A DNA stretch of 64,000 nucleotides from assembly GCA_027484725.1 (NCBI GenBank), contig JAIXSK010000006.1, forward strand, positions 9,991 through 73,990. The letters run 5' to 3'. Each line of letters starts with the position of its first letter. The stretch's first letter is position 1. The translations under genes and the position numbers were made by a program. Positions 26,324-35,060 of this stretch are shown piece after piece. The notes beneath the pieces were generated by a model. The model worked only from the letters and a program-made list of their open reading frames with translations, ran no database searches and was not told where the DNA came from. Source of the DNA: Flavobacterium sp. Its GTDB lineage: Bacteria > Bacteroidota > Bacteroidia > Flavobacteriales > Flavobacteriaceae.

Positions 26324-26361
26324 CCTCTCAGGTACTCAGGCACTCAGCCGCTCAGCTTCTC
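26324..26361. repeat. CTGAG-rich repeat (family B, inverted orientation)
   Basis: CCTCTCAGGTACTCAGGCACTCAGCCGCTCAGCTTCTC is the reverse complement of the GCTGAGCGGCTGAGTGCCTGAG pattern. Confidence 0.55.
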
Positions 26362-26367
26362 CCCCAA

Positions 26368-26412
26368 TGTGACAAAAGTCATAGTTTACCCAAAATCAAG
26401 GTTTTAGTTTTG
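26368..26412 (+). promoter_or_regulatory. PDO-rhodanese operon promoter: CRP-type box TGTGAcaaaagTCATA (26368-26383) plus -7 box TAGTTTTG (26405-26412)
   Basis: One mismatch to TGTGA-N6-TCACA. The box centre is 36.5 nt from the -7 G, and the ATG lies 25 nt after the -7 box. Confidence 0.6.
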
Positions 26413-26436
26413 ACCTATAATTCAAAAATACCAACC

Positions 26437-27852
26437 ATGAAAATTGAACAAATTTATACCGGATGCATCGCTCATGCCGCTTATTATATTGAATGCAACG
26501 GCGAGGCTGCTATTGTAGATCCGCTCAGAGAAGTAGAGCCTTATTTAAACAGAGCGCAAAAAGACAATGCCCAAATTAAGTATGTTTTTGAAACCCATTT
26601 TCATGCTGATTTTGTTTCGGGTCATTTAGATTTAGCGCAAAAAACAGGCGCACAAATTGTTTATGGCCCAACTGCCCATCCGGGTTTTGATGCTTTGGTG
26701 GCCACCGATGGTCAAGAATTTAAAGTGGGTAATTGCACAATTAAAGCGATTCATACCCCGGGCCATACTTTAGAAAGCACCTGTTATTTGGTAACCGATG
26801 CGCAAGGAACGCCGCAAGGATTAATTACCGGAGACACTTTGTTTATTGGTGATGTGGGCCGACCAGATTTGGCGCAACACGTCATTGCCGATTTAACCCA
26901 AGACAAACTCGCGCGCATGTTGTATCATTCGCTTCGAGATAAAATTATGCCGCTTTCTGATGACATCATCGTTTATCCGAACCACGGCGCCGGTAGTGCT
27001 TGTGGCAAAATGATGAGCAAAGAAACCACTGATACTTTGGGCAACCAAAAGAAAACCAATTATGCCTTGAATCCGGCGCTGACCGAAGATGATTTTGTCA
27101 AAGCCTTGCTTACCGGGCTTACCACACCTCCGGGTTATTTTCCGAAAAACGTATTGATGAACCTCAATGGTTACGAATCATTAGACAGGGTATTAGACCG
27201 TGCGCAACAACCGCTTTCAGCCGATGAATTTGGCCATAAAGCTTTGCACGAACACGCCATGATGCTCGATGTGCGCGCTGCGGGTGATTTTGCCAACGGA
27301 TTTATTCCGGGCAGCATCAACATGGGTTTGGATGGAAATTTTGCGATGTGGGTGGGCGAAATGATTGCCGATATCCAACAACCCATTTTGCTCATTGCCG
27401 ATCCGGGCAAAGAAGTTGAAGCGCTCATCAGATTATCCCGCGTGGGCTATGACCAAACCATCGGCTATTTGGACGGTGGTTTTAAAAGTTGGAAAAATTC
27501 CGGAAAACCTATTGAAACCATTGAGCGCATAACCGCTGAAGAGCTTAAAAGTAAATTGTCAACGCAAGCCATGCCGGTGATTGATGTGCGCAAAAAATCA
27601 GAATTTGATTCTGAGCATATGGTGGGCGCGGTAAATATTCCGATGAACGAACTTTACAAGCGTTTGGATGAAATCCCGAAAGACCAGCCATTTATCTTAC
27701 ATTGTGCCGGCGGATACCGCAGTATGATAGCCGCATCCATCCTCAAACAACTGGGCTGGAATAACTTTACCGATGTAGTCGGAGGTTTTTCTGAAATAAA
27801 AAGAACACAACTTCCGATAACTGAATATGTTTGTCCGAGCACATTGCTATAA
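26437..27852 (+). CDS. Persulfide dioxygenase-like MBL-fold hydrolase fused to two rhodanese domains (CstB/Blh-like)
   Basis: Metallo-beta-lactamase motif ETHFHADFVSGH and HTPGHT. There are two rhodanese modules, the last with the catalytic loop HCAGGYRS. The true start is MKIEQIYTGC, by comparison with the paralog at 41742. The 50-aa N-terminal extension in the track covers a repeat. Confidence 0.9.
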   Translation: MKIEQIYTGCIAHAAYYIECNGEAAIVDPLREVEPYLNRAQKDNAQIKYVFETHFHADFVSGHLDLAQKTGAQIVYGPTAHPGFDALVATDGQEFKVGNCTIKAIHTPGHTLESTCYLVTDAQGTPQGLITGDTLFIGDVGRPDLAQHVIADLTQDKLARMLYHSLRDKIMPLSDDIIVYPNHGAGSACGKMMSKETTDTLGNQKKTNYALNPALTEDDFVKALLTGLTTPPGYFPKNVLMNLNGYESLDRVLDRAQQPLSADEFGHKALHEHAMMLDVRAAGDFANGFIPGSINMGLDGNFAMWVGEMIADIQQPILLIADPGKEVEALIRLSRVGYDQTIGYLDGGFKSWKNSGKPIETIERITAEELKSKLSTQAMPVIDVRKKSEFDSEHMVGAVNIPMNELYKRLDEIPKDQPFILHCAGGYRSMIAASILKQLGWNNFTDVVGGFSEIKRTQLPITEYVCPSTLL

Positions 27853-28189
27853 ACTAAAACGAAACACTGTGGAAAAACTTAGAATTTTGTATTCAGGCAA
27901 CAGTACCGATAAAATTACCCAAGCCATTGGCAACGGTGCCTGTTTGCTTGATGTGCGGGCCAAATCAGAATACAACAACGGCCATGTGCGCGGATCGGTT
28001 AATATTCCGCTAGATGATTTAACCGACCAACTGGAAAAACTCGATCGTCAAACGCCTATTTTGGTGTATTGCCGCAGCGGAATGCGCAGTGCACAAGCCA
28101 AGTGCTTACTCGAAAAAAGCGGTTTTATGCAGGTAACCAATGGTGGTAATTGGGAACACATCAACCGAATTGTACAATCACTAAAATAA
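27827..28189 (+). CDS. Single-domain rhodanese (sulfurtransferase)
   Basis: LLDVRAKSEYNNGHVRGSVNIP and the active-site loop YCRSGMRS. The start is uncertain: ATG 27827 overlaps the previous gene by 26 nt, and GTG 27869 is an alternative. Confidence 0.8.
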   Translation: MFVRAHCYKLKRNTVEKLRILYSGNSTDKITQAIGNGACLLDVRAKSEYNNGHVRGSVNIPLDDLTDQLEKLDRQTPILVYCRSGMRSAQAKCLLEKSGFMQVTNGGNWEHINRIVQSLK

Positions 28190-28196
28190 TAACATT

Positions 28197-28403
28197 ATGA
28201 AACAGAATATGGGAAAAACCGATCGCGCGCTGCGCTTTATTGTGGCCATTGTTATTGGCATTTTGTATATGAACCACACCATCAGCGGAATGCTCGCGGG
28301 CATTTTAGGCTTGTTGGCGGTAGTATTTGTATTGACGGGTTTTGTAAAATTTTGTCCGTTGTACTTGCCTTTTAACATTGACACACGCGAAGACAAAAAA
28401 TAA
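28197..28403 (+). CDS. DUF2892 (YgaP-like) small membrane protein
   Basis: The DRALRFIVAIVIG....G..GL.....LTGFVKFCPLY pattern is typical of the YgaP transmembrane module that accompanies rhodaneses. Confidence 0.75.
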   Translation: MKQNMGKTDRALRFIVAIVIGILYMNHTISGMLAGILGLLAVVFVLTGFVKFCPLYLPFNIDTREDKK

Positions 28404-28426
28404 TGCTATAATACATTCAAATAATT

Positions 28427-28735
28427 ATGGCCATGAATGCATCTTTTCAGTCACTTATTGAAAGTGAAAAACCTGTGCTAGTTGATTTTTTTGCCACGTG
28501 GTGTGGACCGTGTCAGATGCTCTTGCCTACACTCAAACAAGTCAAAGATCAGTTGGGTGAACGCATCACCATCATTAAAATTGATGTAGACAAAAACCCT
28601 GAAATTGCCGAATCATACCGAGTGCGTGGCGTGCCCACGATGATGTTGTTTCAGTATGGCGTTCAGCTCTGGCGACAATCAGGCGTTTTATCAAAAGACG
28701 AAATCGTCAAAACCATCCTCGAAAAGACTAAATAA
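28427..28735 (+). CDS. trxA: Thioredoxin
   Basis: FFATWCGPCQMLLP active site, GVPTMMLF motif, 102 aa. Confidence 0.9.
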   Translation: MAMNASFQSLIESEKPVLVDFFATWCGPCQMLLPTLKQVKDQLGERITIIKIDVDKNPEIAESYRVRGVPTMMLFQYGVQLWRQSGVLSKDEIVKTILEKTK

Positions 28736-28804
28736 TGTTAAAGCCTGTAGGTTGTTTGACAAAAAATAATATTTTTGAAATCATTATCAACTAATCATTA
28801 TCCC

Positions 28805-28996
28805 ATGAAAAAATCAATTGCTTTGCTCGTAATGAGCACATTTTTCTTCGGAACTACTGTAAACGCTCAAGAAGTTGCCAAACAAGAGCAAAAAGCCAAA
28901 ACCGAAAAATCTTGTTCTAAAGACGAAAAGAAATCTTGCCACGGTGAGAAAAAAGGCGGATGTTGTGCGGCTAAAAAAGCAGCCCCTAAGTCATAA
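28805..28996 (+). CDS. Small secreted Lys/Cys-rich peptide (mature ~42 aa, 4 Cys + 1 His)
   Basis: ATG at 28805 gives MKKSIALLVMSTFFFGTTVNAQ, then EVAKQEQKAKTEKSCSKDEKKSCHGEKKGGCCAAKKAAPKS. A TATTTTTG -7 box lies at 28770-28777 and a terminator follows. Confidence 0.55.
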   Translation: MKKSIALLVMSTFFFGTTVNAQEVAKQEQKAKTEKSCSKDEKKSCHGEKKGGCCAAKKAAPKS

Positions 28997-29007
28997 ATTA
29001 TTTTAAA

Positions 29008-29036
29008 GTGCCTGCGCGTTCAGGCACTTTTTTTTT
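29008..29036 (+). terminator. Rho-independent terminator 4 nt before the next ATG
   Basis: GTGCCTG-cgcgt-TCAGGCAC followed by TTTTTTTTT. Confidence 0.75.
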
Positions 29037-29040
29037 GTTC

Positions 29041-29430
29041 ATGAAATCAATCATTGCAAATATATTCCTGATTACTTATCTGTTTACTTCTGTACAGCTG
29101 AGTGAATTGTTCAAATTGCCTATGTTGGCTGAGCATTTCATTGAACATCAGCAAGCCAAACCACAGATCAGTTTATGGGAATTCTTGTGTTTGCATTATG
29201 CACACGGTGAGGTCATGGACCACGATTTTGATCAAGACATGAAATTGCCTTTTAAATCGCACAGCGGATGTGGTTGCTCAACTTTGTCTTTCTTTGAACC
29301 GATTCCGCATTTTGATTTATCTCGAATTAACTTATTCCCCACTGGGAAAACCGAAAAAAACTTCGGCCATCAAAGCCATTTTATCCCTAAATTTTCCTCT
29401 TCTATCTGGCAACCGCCCAAAATAGCTTAA
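29041..29430 (+). CDS. His/Cys-containing membrane-anchored protein of unknown function upstream of czcA
   Basis: ATG 29041 starts MKSIIANIFLITYLFTSV (N-terminal TM). Motifs: EHFIEHQ, HYAHGEVMDHDFDQD and HSGCGC. Confidence 0.55.
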   Translation: MKSIIANIFLITYLFTSVQLSELFKLPMLAEHFIEHQQAKPQISLWEFLCLHYAHGEVMDHDFDQDMKLPFKSHSGCGCSTLSFFEPIPHFDLSRINLFPTGKTEKNFGHQSHFIPKFSSSIWQPPKIA

Positions 29431-29516
29431 TTGTTTCTTTGTTTTAGTTCCCCAACTGTACCTTTTACCCAGGTCAACAGTGGGTGTATTTATTATTATA
29501 ACTAGAAAATACAATT

Positions 29517-32500
29517 ATGCTCAATAAAATCATCGAGTTTTCCGTCCGGAATAAACTCATCATTGGCTTGATGCTCCTAGGCTTAATCGGTTACGGAAGC
29601 TATGAGGCTACCCAACTGCCCATTGATGCCGTTCCGGACATTACCAACAATCAGGTGCAGGTCATTACTGTTGCACCCTCATTCGGGGCAACCGATATTG
29701 AACGATTGGTGACTTTTCCGATTGAACAAGCCAACAGCAATATTCCCGGAACCATAGAAATCAGAAGCTTTTCGCGTTTCGGGCTCTCTCTTGTAACCAT
29801 GGTTTTTGACGACCATACAGATGTGTATTGGGCACGTCAGCAAGTAGCCGAGCGTTTGCAAAAGGTACAAACCGAAATTCCTGCGGGTATTGGTACTCCT
29901 GAACTCGGGCCGGTTTCGAGCGGTTTGGGCGAAATCTATCAGTACGTTGTTCGCCCACAAAAAGGCTTTGAGAGTCAATACAATGCCACAGAACTGCGCA
30001 CCCTACAAGATTGGGTGGTGCGTCGTCAATTATTAGGTGTACAAGGGGTGGCCGAGGTAAGCAGTTTTGGCGGCAAACTCAAACAGTATGAAATTGCGGT
30101 CAATCCGAACAAGCTCAACGCAATGGGGCTCACCATAGCCGATGTATTCACCGCCGTTGAAGCCAACAACCAAAACACCGGAGGCGCCTATATTGAAAAA
30201 GGCGGGACTTCGTTGTTTATTCGCAGTGAAGGGCTCATAGGGTCTATTGATGACATCAAAAATATTCGCATCACGCCTGGTTCGGGCAAAAGCCCGGTTT
30301 TCTTGCGCGATGTAGCCGAGGTGCGCATTGGTCATGCCACGCGTTACGGAGCGATGACCTATAACGATCAAGGCGAAGTATCAGGCGCAGTGGTCATGAT
30401 GCTCAAAGGCGCCAACAGCAGTCAGGTGATTAAAAACGTCAAAGAACGCATTGCGCAAATTCAAAAAACCTTACCCAAAGGTGTCGTGATTGAACCTTTC
30501 TTAGATAGAACCAAAATGGTTAACAACGCTATTGGCACCGTTGAAAAAAACTTGCTTGAAGGCGCACTGATTGTGGTATTTGTATTGGTTCTTTTTTTAG
30601 GAAATTTCAGAGCCGGTTTACTCGTCGCCTCGGTAATTCCGCTCGCGATGTTGTTCGCCATCATCATGATGAACCTTTTTGGGGTGAGTGGCAACCTTAT
30701 GAGCTTGGGCGCACTTGATTTTGGGTTGATTGTAGACGGAGCCGTGATTATTGTTGAAGCCGTGATGCATCAGCTCACACACAGTAAAAAGTTTACACAC
30801 ATCAACCAACTCAGTCAAGACCAAATGGATGCCGAGGTAAAAACTTCAGCGGGCAAAATGATGAACAGCGCCGTGTTTGGGCAAATCATCATCTTGATTG
30901 TGTACTTACCCATTTTTACCTTGGAAGGCATTGAAGGAAAAATGTTTATTCCGATGGCGCAAACCGTTGCCTTTGCCTTATTGGGCGCGTTTGTGTTGTC
31001 ATTGACCTATATTCCGATGATGAGCTCGGTGTTTCTGAGCAAGAAAATCCAGCACGAGCCCAACCCATCTGACTTGGTGATGGCCAAAATTGAGAGACGC
31101 TACCAACATTATTTACAAAAAGCTTTAAACCATCCTAAAGCTATTTTAGCTACCGTGATTGGAATGTTTGTTTTGGCCGTGGGTATATTGACAATACTGG
31201 GCGGAGAATTCATTCCGGCGCTTGAAGAAGGCGATTTTGCGGTAGATACGCGCGTGCTTACGGGCAGCAATTTAACCACCACCATACAAAGTACCCAAAA
31301 GGCAGCTCATATTTTGAAATCGCGTTTTCCGGAAGTTGAAAAAGTCGTAACTAAAATTGGCAGCGGCGAAGTACCTACCGACCCAATGCCTATGGAAGCC
31401 AGCGATATGATGGTGATACTCAAAGACAAATCAGAATGGACTTCAGCCAAAACATTTAATGAACTCAGCGAAAAAATGGGCCAAGCGCTCACCGAAGTTC
31501 CGGGTATTACAGCGGGATTTCAGTATCCGGTGCAAATGCGTTTTAACGAACTCATGACCGGCGCCCGACAAGATGTAGTGTGCAAAATCTTTGGTGAAAA
31601 CCTGGATACACTTTCGGTTTATGCACAAAAACTCGGTAAAATCATCAATACCGTTGAAGGCGCGCAAAACCTGTATGTTGAGCCGGTAACAGGCATGCCG
31701 CAGATAATTATTCAGTACAATCGCAACACCATTGCGCAATACGGTTTATCAATAGAAGAAATCAACCGCGCAGTTCATACGGCTTTTGCCGGACAAAGCA
31801 CCGGACTGGTTTTTGAAGGCGAAAAGCGATTTGACCTTGTGGTGCGGTTGGGCAACGAACAACGTCAAAACCTGGAAGATGTTCAGAATTTACTCATTGC
31901 TACAGCTTCGGGCACGCAAATTCCGCTCTCGCAATTGGCACAAGTAAGCATCCAAAACGGACCGAATCAGATTCAGCGCGAAGATGCCAAACGACGCATT
32001 ATTGTAGGTTTTAATGTGCGCGGTCGCGATGTGCAAAGCATCGTAAATGAATTACAAACCAAAGTTGACCAAAAATTAGCGCTTCCTGCGGGATATTATG
32101 TAACCTATGGCGGAGCGTTTGAAAACCTCAACAAAGCCAAAGCCCGATTGATGATTGCTGTGCCGGTATCGCTCATACTGATTTTCTTGTTGCTGTTTTT
32201 TGCATTTAAATCAGTGCGTCAAGGTTTGCTGATTTATTCGGCGATTCCGCTTTCGGCTATTGGCGGCATCTTCTTTTTGGCCCTGCGCGGCATGCCGTTT
32301 AGCATCAGTGCCGGTGTTGGGTTCATTGCGCTTTTTGGCGTGGCCGTGCTCAACGGAATTGTACTGATTGCCGAGTTTAATCAACTAAAATCTGAAGGAA
32401 TGAAAGACCTACACCGAATTGTTTTAATGGGTACCAAAGTGCGTTTGCGTCCGGTGTTGATGACCGCTTTTGTGGCCTCGTTGGGCTTTTTACCTATGGC

Positions 32501-33869
32501 GCTGAGCAACGGTGCCGGAGCCGAAGTCCAACGCCCGCTGGCCACCGTCGTCATTGGCGGACTCATGATTGCCACCTTTTTGACCTTGTTTGTCTTGCCA
32601 ATTTTGTATGTGTTGTTTGAAGGTAAAGCCCCTAAAAAGAAATCTTCAAAAGTCATGGCAGCTGTAGTATTGTGGTTGCTTCTAATTCCAAACCTCAGCA
32701 GTGCGCAAACACAAACTTTAGATTGGGAACAAGCCCTGCAAATGGCGCTTAAAAACAATAAAAACCTACAACTAGACCGACTGCGGGTACAATATCATGA
32801 AAAACTGAGTCAATCGGCCACCAATCTGGCGCCCACCAACATCAATGCTGAGTATGGACAAATCAACAGTTACTACAACGACAATCGTCTGAGCATAATG
32901 CAAACTTTGAGTTTTCCGACGGTATATCATCGGCACAAAAAATACTTTTCTGAAGTAACCAAATCAGCTGCAATTAAAGTAAAAGCACACGAGTCGGAAC
33001 TCAAAAAAGAGGTGACCGATGCTTATTACGGTTGGCTTTTTTGGTTAGAAAAAGAAAAATTGCTTTTGAAAAGCGATACTCTTTTTAACGAATTCCAACG
33101 CAAATCTGAACTGCGCTTTAAAAAAGGTGAAAGCAATTTACTCGAGCAAGCCACCGCACAAACCCAGCGCGGTGCTATACAGATGCAATTGGCCGAAGTT
33201 CGGCGCGAGAAAAACCAGATGCTTCAAGAGTTTTCATGGCTTATGGGCTCCGATACGCTCTATAGTCCGAAACCTATTGCAATCAAATTACCGGAACCCA
33301 TGACTCAAGATAGTTTGGGTTGGCAGCAACACGCCAAAGTACAATGGGCCGCACAACAAAAAGCTACGGAGCAAGCAGCTACCCAACTTGAAAAATCAAA
33401 ACTGCTGCCTGAGTTTACTGTGGGCTACAACAGTATGACCATGCAAGGCACCGGAGCCAACAATGTGCTGTATAACAACAGTACGCGCTTTGAGTCAGGA
33501 CAAATTGGGTTGGGCATTCCGCTGCTGGGTGGCGCACAACGGGCCCGAATATCGGCTTCAAAAGTGCAACAACAAATCGCTGAAAACCAATATGAAAATG
33601 AAAAATTACTTTGGCGTAAACAATGGAAAAACGCACAAACAGATTTTACAACTGCGCAAGCACAAATAAGTTATTACGAAAATACCGCGCTTAAAAATGC
33701 AGCGCAAATGACCCAAACGGCTGAATTACAATTTCTGGGTGGTGAGATCAACTATTTGCAATGGGTACAAATCATGCATCAGAGCATCGCCATTCAGAGC
33801 GATTATCTTGATGCCGTGATGCAATTTAACTTAGCGGTGAGCCAACTCAATTACCTCAATTCTAAATAA
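29517..33869 (+). CDS. CusA/CzcA-family heavy-metal RND pump fused in frame to a TolC-like outer membrane factor (1450 aa)
   Basis: Residues 1-1046 are a complete 12-TM CzcA-like pump ending in ...LPILYVLFEGKAPKKKSSKV. Residues 1047-1450 start with a signal-like MAAVVLWLLLIPNLSSAQ and continue as a TolC-family protein (LDWEQALQMALKNNKNLQ...). No stop separates the two parts. Confidence 0.9.
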   Translation: MLNKIIEFSVRNKLIIGLMLLGLIGYGSYEATQLPIDAVPDITNNQVQVITVAPSFGATDIERLVTFPIEQANSNIPGTIEIRSFSRFGLSLVTMVFDDHTDVYWARQQVAERLQKVQTEIPAGIGTPELGPVSSGLGEIYQYVVRPQKGFESQYNATELRTLQDWVVRRQLLGVQGVAEVSSFGGKLKQYEIAVNPNKLNAMGLTIADVFTAVEANNQNTGGAYIEKGGTSLFIRSEGLIGSIDDIKNIRITPGSGKSPVFLRDVAEVRIGHATRYGAMTYNDQGEVSGAVVMMLKGANSSQVIKNVKERIAQIQKTLPKGVVIEPFLDRTKMVNNAIGTVEKNLLEGALIVVFVLVLFLGNFRAGLLVASVIPLAMLFAIIMMNLFGVSGNLMSLGALDFGLIVDGAVIIVEAVMHQLTHSKKFTHINQLSQDQMDAEVKTSAGKMMNSAVFGQIIILIVYLPIFTLEGIEGKMFIPMAQTVAFALLGAFVLSLTYIPMMSSVFLSKKIQHEPNPSDLVMAKIERRYQHYLQKALNHPKAILATVIGMFVLAVGILTILGGEFIPALEEGDFAVDTRVLTGSNLTTTIQSTQKAAHILKSRFPEVEKVVTKIGSGEVPTDPMPMEASDMMVILKDKSEWTSAKTFNELSEKMGQALTEVPGITAGFQYPVQMRFNELMTGARQDVVCKIFGENLDTLSVYAQKLGKIINTVEGAQNLYVEPVTGMPQIIIQYNRNTIAQYGLSIEEINRAVHTAFAGQSTGLVFEGEKRFDLVVRLGNEQRQNLEDVQNLLIATASGTQIPLSQLAQVSIQNGPNQIQREDAKRRIIVGFNVRGRDVQSIVNELQTKVDQKLALPAGYYVTYGGAFENLNKAKARLMIAVPVSLILIFLLLFFAFKSVRQGLLIYSAIPLSAIGGIFFLALRGMPFSISAGVGFIALFGVAVLNGIVLIAEFNQLKSEGMKDLHRIVLMGTKVRLRPVLMTAFVASLGFLPMALSNGAGAEVQRPLATVVIGGLMIATFLTLFVLPILYVLFEGKAPKKKSSKVMAAVVLWLLLIPNLSSAQTQTLDWEQALQMALKNNKNLQLDRLRVQYHEKLSQSATNLAPTNINAEYGQINSYYNDNRLSIMQTLSFPTVYHRHKKYFSEVTKSAAIKVKAHESELKKEVTDAYYGWLFWLEKEKLLLKSDTLFNEFQRKSELRFKKGESNLLEQATAQTQRGAIQMQLAEVRREKNQMLQEFSWLMGSDTLYSPKPIAIKLPEPMTQDSLGWQQHAKVQWAAQQKATEQAATQLEKSKLLPEFTVGYNSMTMQGTGANNVLYNNSTRFESGQIGLGIPLLGGAQRARISASKVQQQIAENQYENEKLLWRKQWKNAQTDFTTAQAQISYYENTALKNAAQMTQTAELQFLGGEINYLQWVQIMHQSIAIQSDYLDAVMQFNLAVSQLNYLNSK
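32655..33869 (+). other. TolC-like outer-membrane-factor module with an internal ATG and a signal-peptide-like segment
   Basis: The in-frame ATG at 32655 is followed by a hydrophobic stretch and an SSA/QT signal-peptidase-like site. Confidence 0.7.
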
Positions 33870-33876
33870 ATTCAAT

Positions 33877-35007
33877 ATGAAAAAAATAACCTTATATACA
33901 GCACTCGTAGTTGTTTTGGTGGCTTGTCAAAAAAAAGAAAGCACCCAACCAACTCAGGCCGTCGCACAAAACCTTGTAACACTCACCCAGGCACAATACC
34001 AAAATGCGGCCTTGCAAACAACGGTTCCTGACTTTCGCAACATGACCTCAACCCTACGCGTGAACGGAATCATTGATGTGCCACCACAAAATATGGTTTC
34101 AGTGAGTATGCCTTTGGGCGGTTACCTCAAAAGCACGCGCTTGTTACCGGGCATGCACATTGTTAAAGGCGAAGTGATTGCTACTTTAGAAGATCAGCAA
34201 TACATCAACTTGCAGCAAGATTATCTGTCTACACGCACCAAACTGGTTTATGCACAGAAAGAATTTGAACGGCAGCGCGATTTGAACAAAAGCCAAGCCA
34301 GCAGTGATAAATTGTTTCAAATGGCCGAAGCCGAATATCAGAATCTACGCATCGCTTTAAATGCTTTGACTGAAAAATTGAAATTGATTTCGATCAATCC
34401 GTCGAAACTCAGCGAAGGAAACATCTCAAAAAGCGTCCACATTTATGCGCCCATTTCGGGTTTTGTCTCAAAGGTTAATGTAAACATCGGCAAATATGTG
34501 AACCCAACCGATGTGTTGTTTGAACTCGTGAATCCGGATGATATTCACCTAAACTTAAAGGTTTTTGAAAAAGATGTGATGCGATTAACGGTAGGACAAA
34601 AACTGTTTGCGTTTACCAACAGTCAGCCCAACAAAAAACATCCGTGCGAGATTATTTTAATCAGCAAAGATTTGTCCACAGAGGACCACTCGGTTGAAGT
34701 GCATTGCCATTTTCACGACTATGACAAAACCTTGTTGCCGGGCATGTATATGAATGCCGAGATTGAACTCAAGAACAATAAAGTAATGGCCTTGTCCGAA
34801 GAAGCCGTGGTCAATTATGAAGGTAAAGATTATGTATTTGTAATGAAAGATCAGCTTCATTATGAACTATTGCCCATTACCGTTATAATTCAGTCAGAAG
34901 GATTTGTAAGCATAGCCCAACCCGAACTCATTGAAAACAAAAAAATCGTGACCCAAGGCGCTTATACCCTACTAATGCAACTCAAAAACAAAGCTGAAGA
35001 AGAATAA
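33877..35007 (+). CDS. Efflux RND periplasmic adaptor (CzcB/CusB-like membrane fusion protein)
   Basis: Lipoprotein leader (LVACQ), a coiled-coil hairpin region (QQDYLSTRTKLVYAQKEFERQRDL) and beta-barrel domains. Confidence 0.9.
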   Translation: MKKITLYTALVVVLVACQKKESTQPTQAVAQNLVTLTQAQYQNAALQTTVPDFRNMTSTLRVNGIIDVPPQNMVSVSMPLGGYLKSTRLLPGMHIVKGEVIATLEDQQYINLQQDYLSTRTKLVYAQKEFERQRDLNKSQASSDKLFQMAEAEYQNLRIALNALTEKLKLISINPSKLSEGNISKSVHIYAPISGFVSKVNVNIGKYVNPTDVLFELVNPDDIHLNLKVFEKDVMRLTVGQKLFAFTNSQPNKKHPCEIILISKDLSTEDHSVEVHCHFHDYDKTLLPGMYMNAEIELKNNKVMALSEEAVVNYEGKDYVFVMKDQLHYELLPITVIIQSEGFVSIAQPELIENKKIVTQGAYTLLMQLKNKAEEE

Positions 35008-35029
35008 ATCCAGCATTAAACTAAAGACA

Positions 35030-35057
35030 AGCACGCTCAAAAGGCGTGCTTTTTTTG
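35030..35057 (+). terminator. Rho-independent terminator ending the czc operon
   Basis: AGCACGC-tcaaaag-GCGTGCT followed by TTTTTTT. Confidence 0.8.
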
Positions 35058-35060
35058 TGT

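Noticed and set aside
26287-26436. The 50-codon N-terminal extension of the PDO-rhodanese ORF given in the track.
   Set aside because: It starts at a non-ATG codon and covers the CTGAG repeat, the CRP-type box and the -7 box. The paralog at 41742 starts exactly at the equivalent MKIQQIYTGC.
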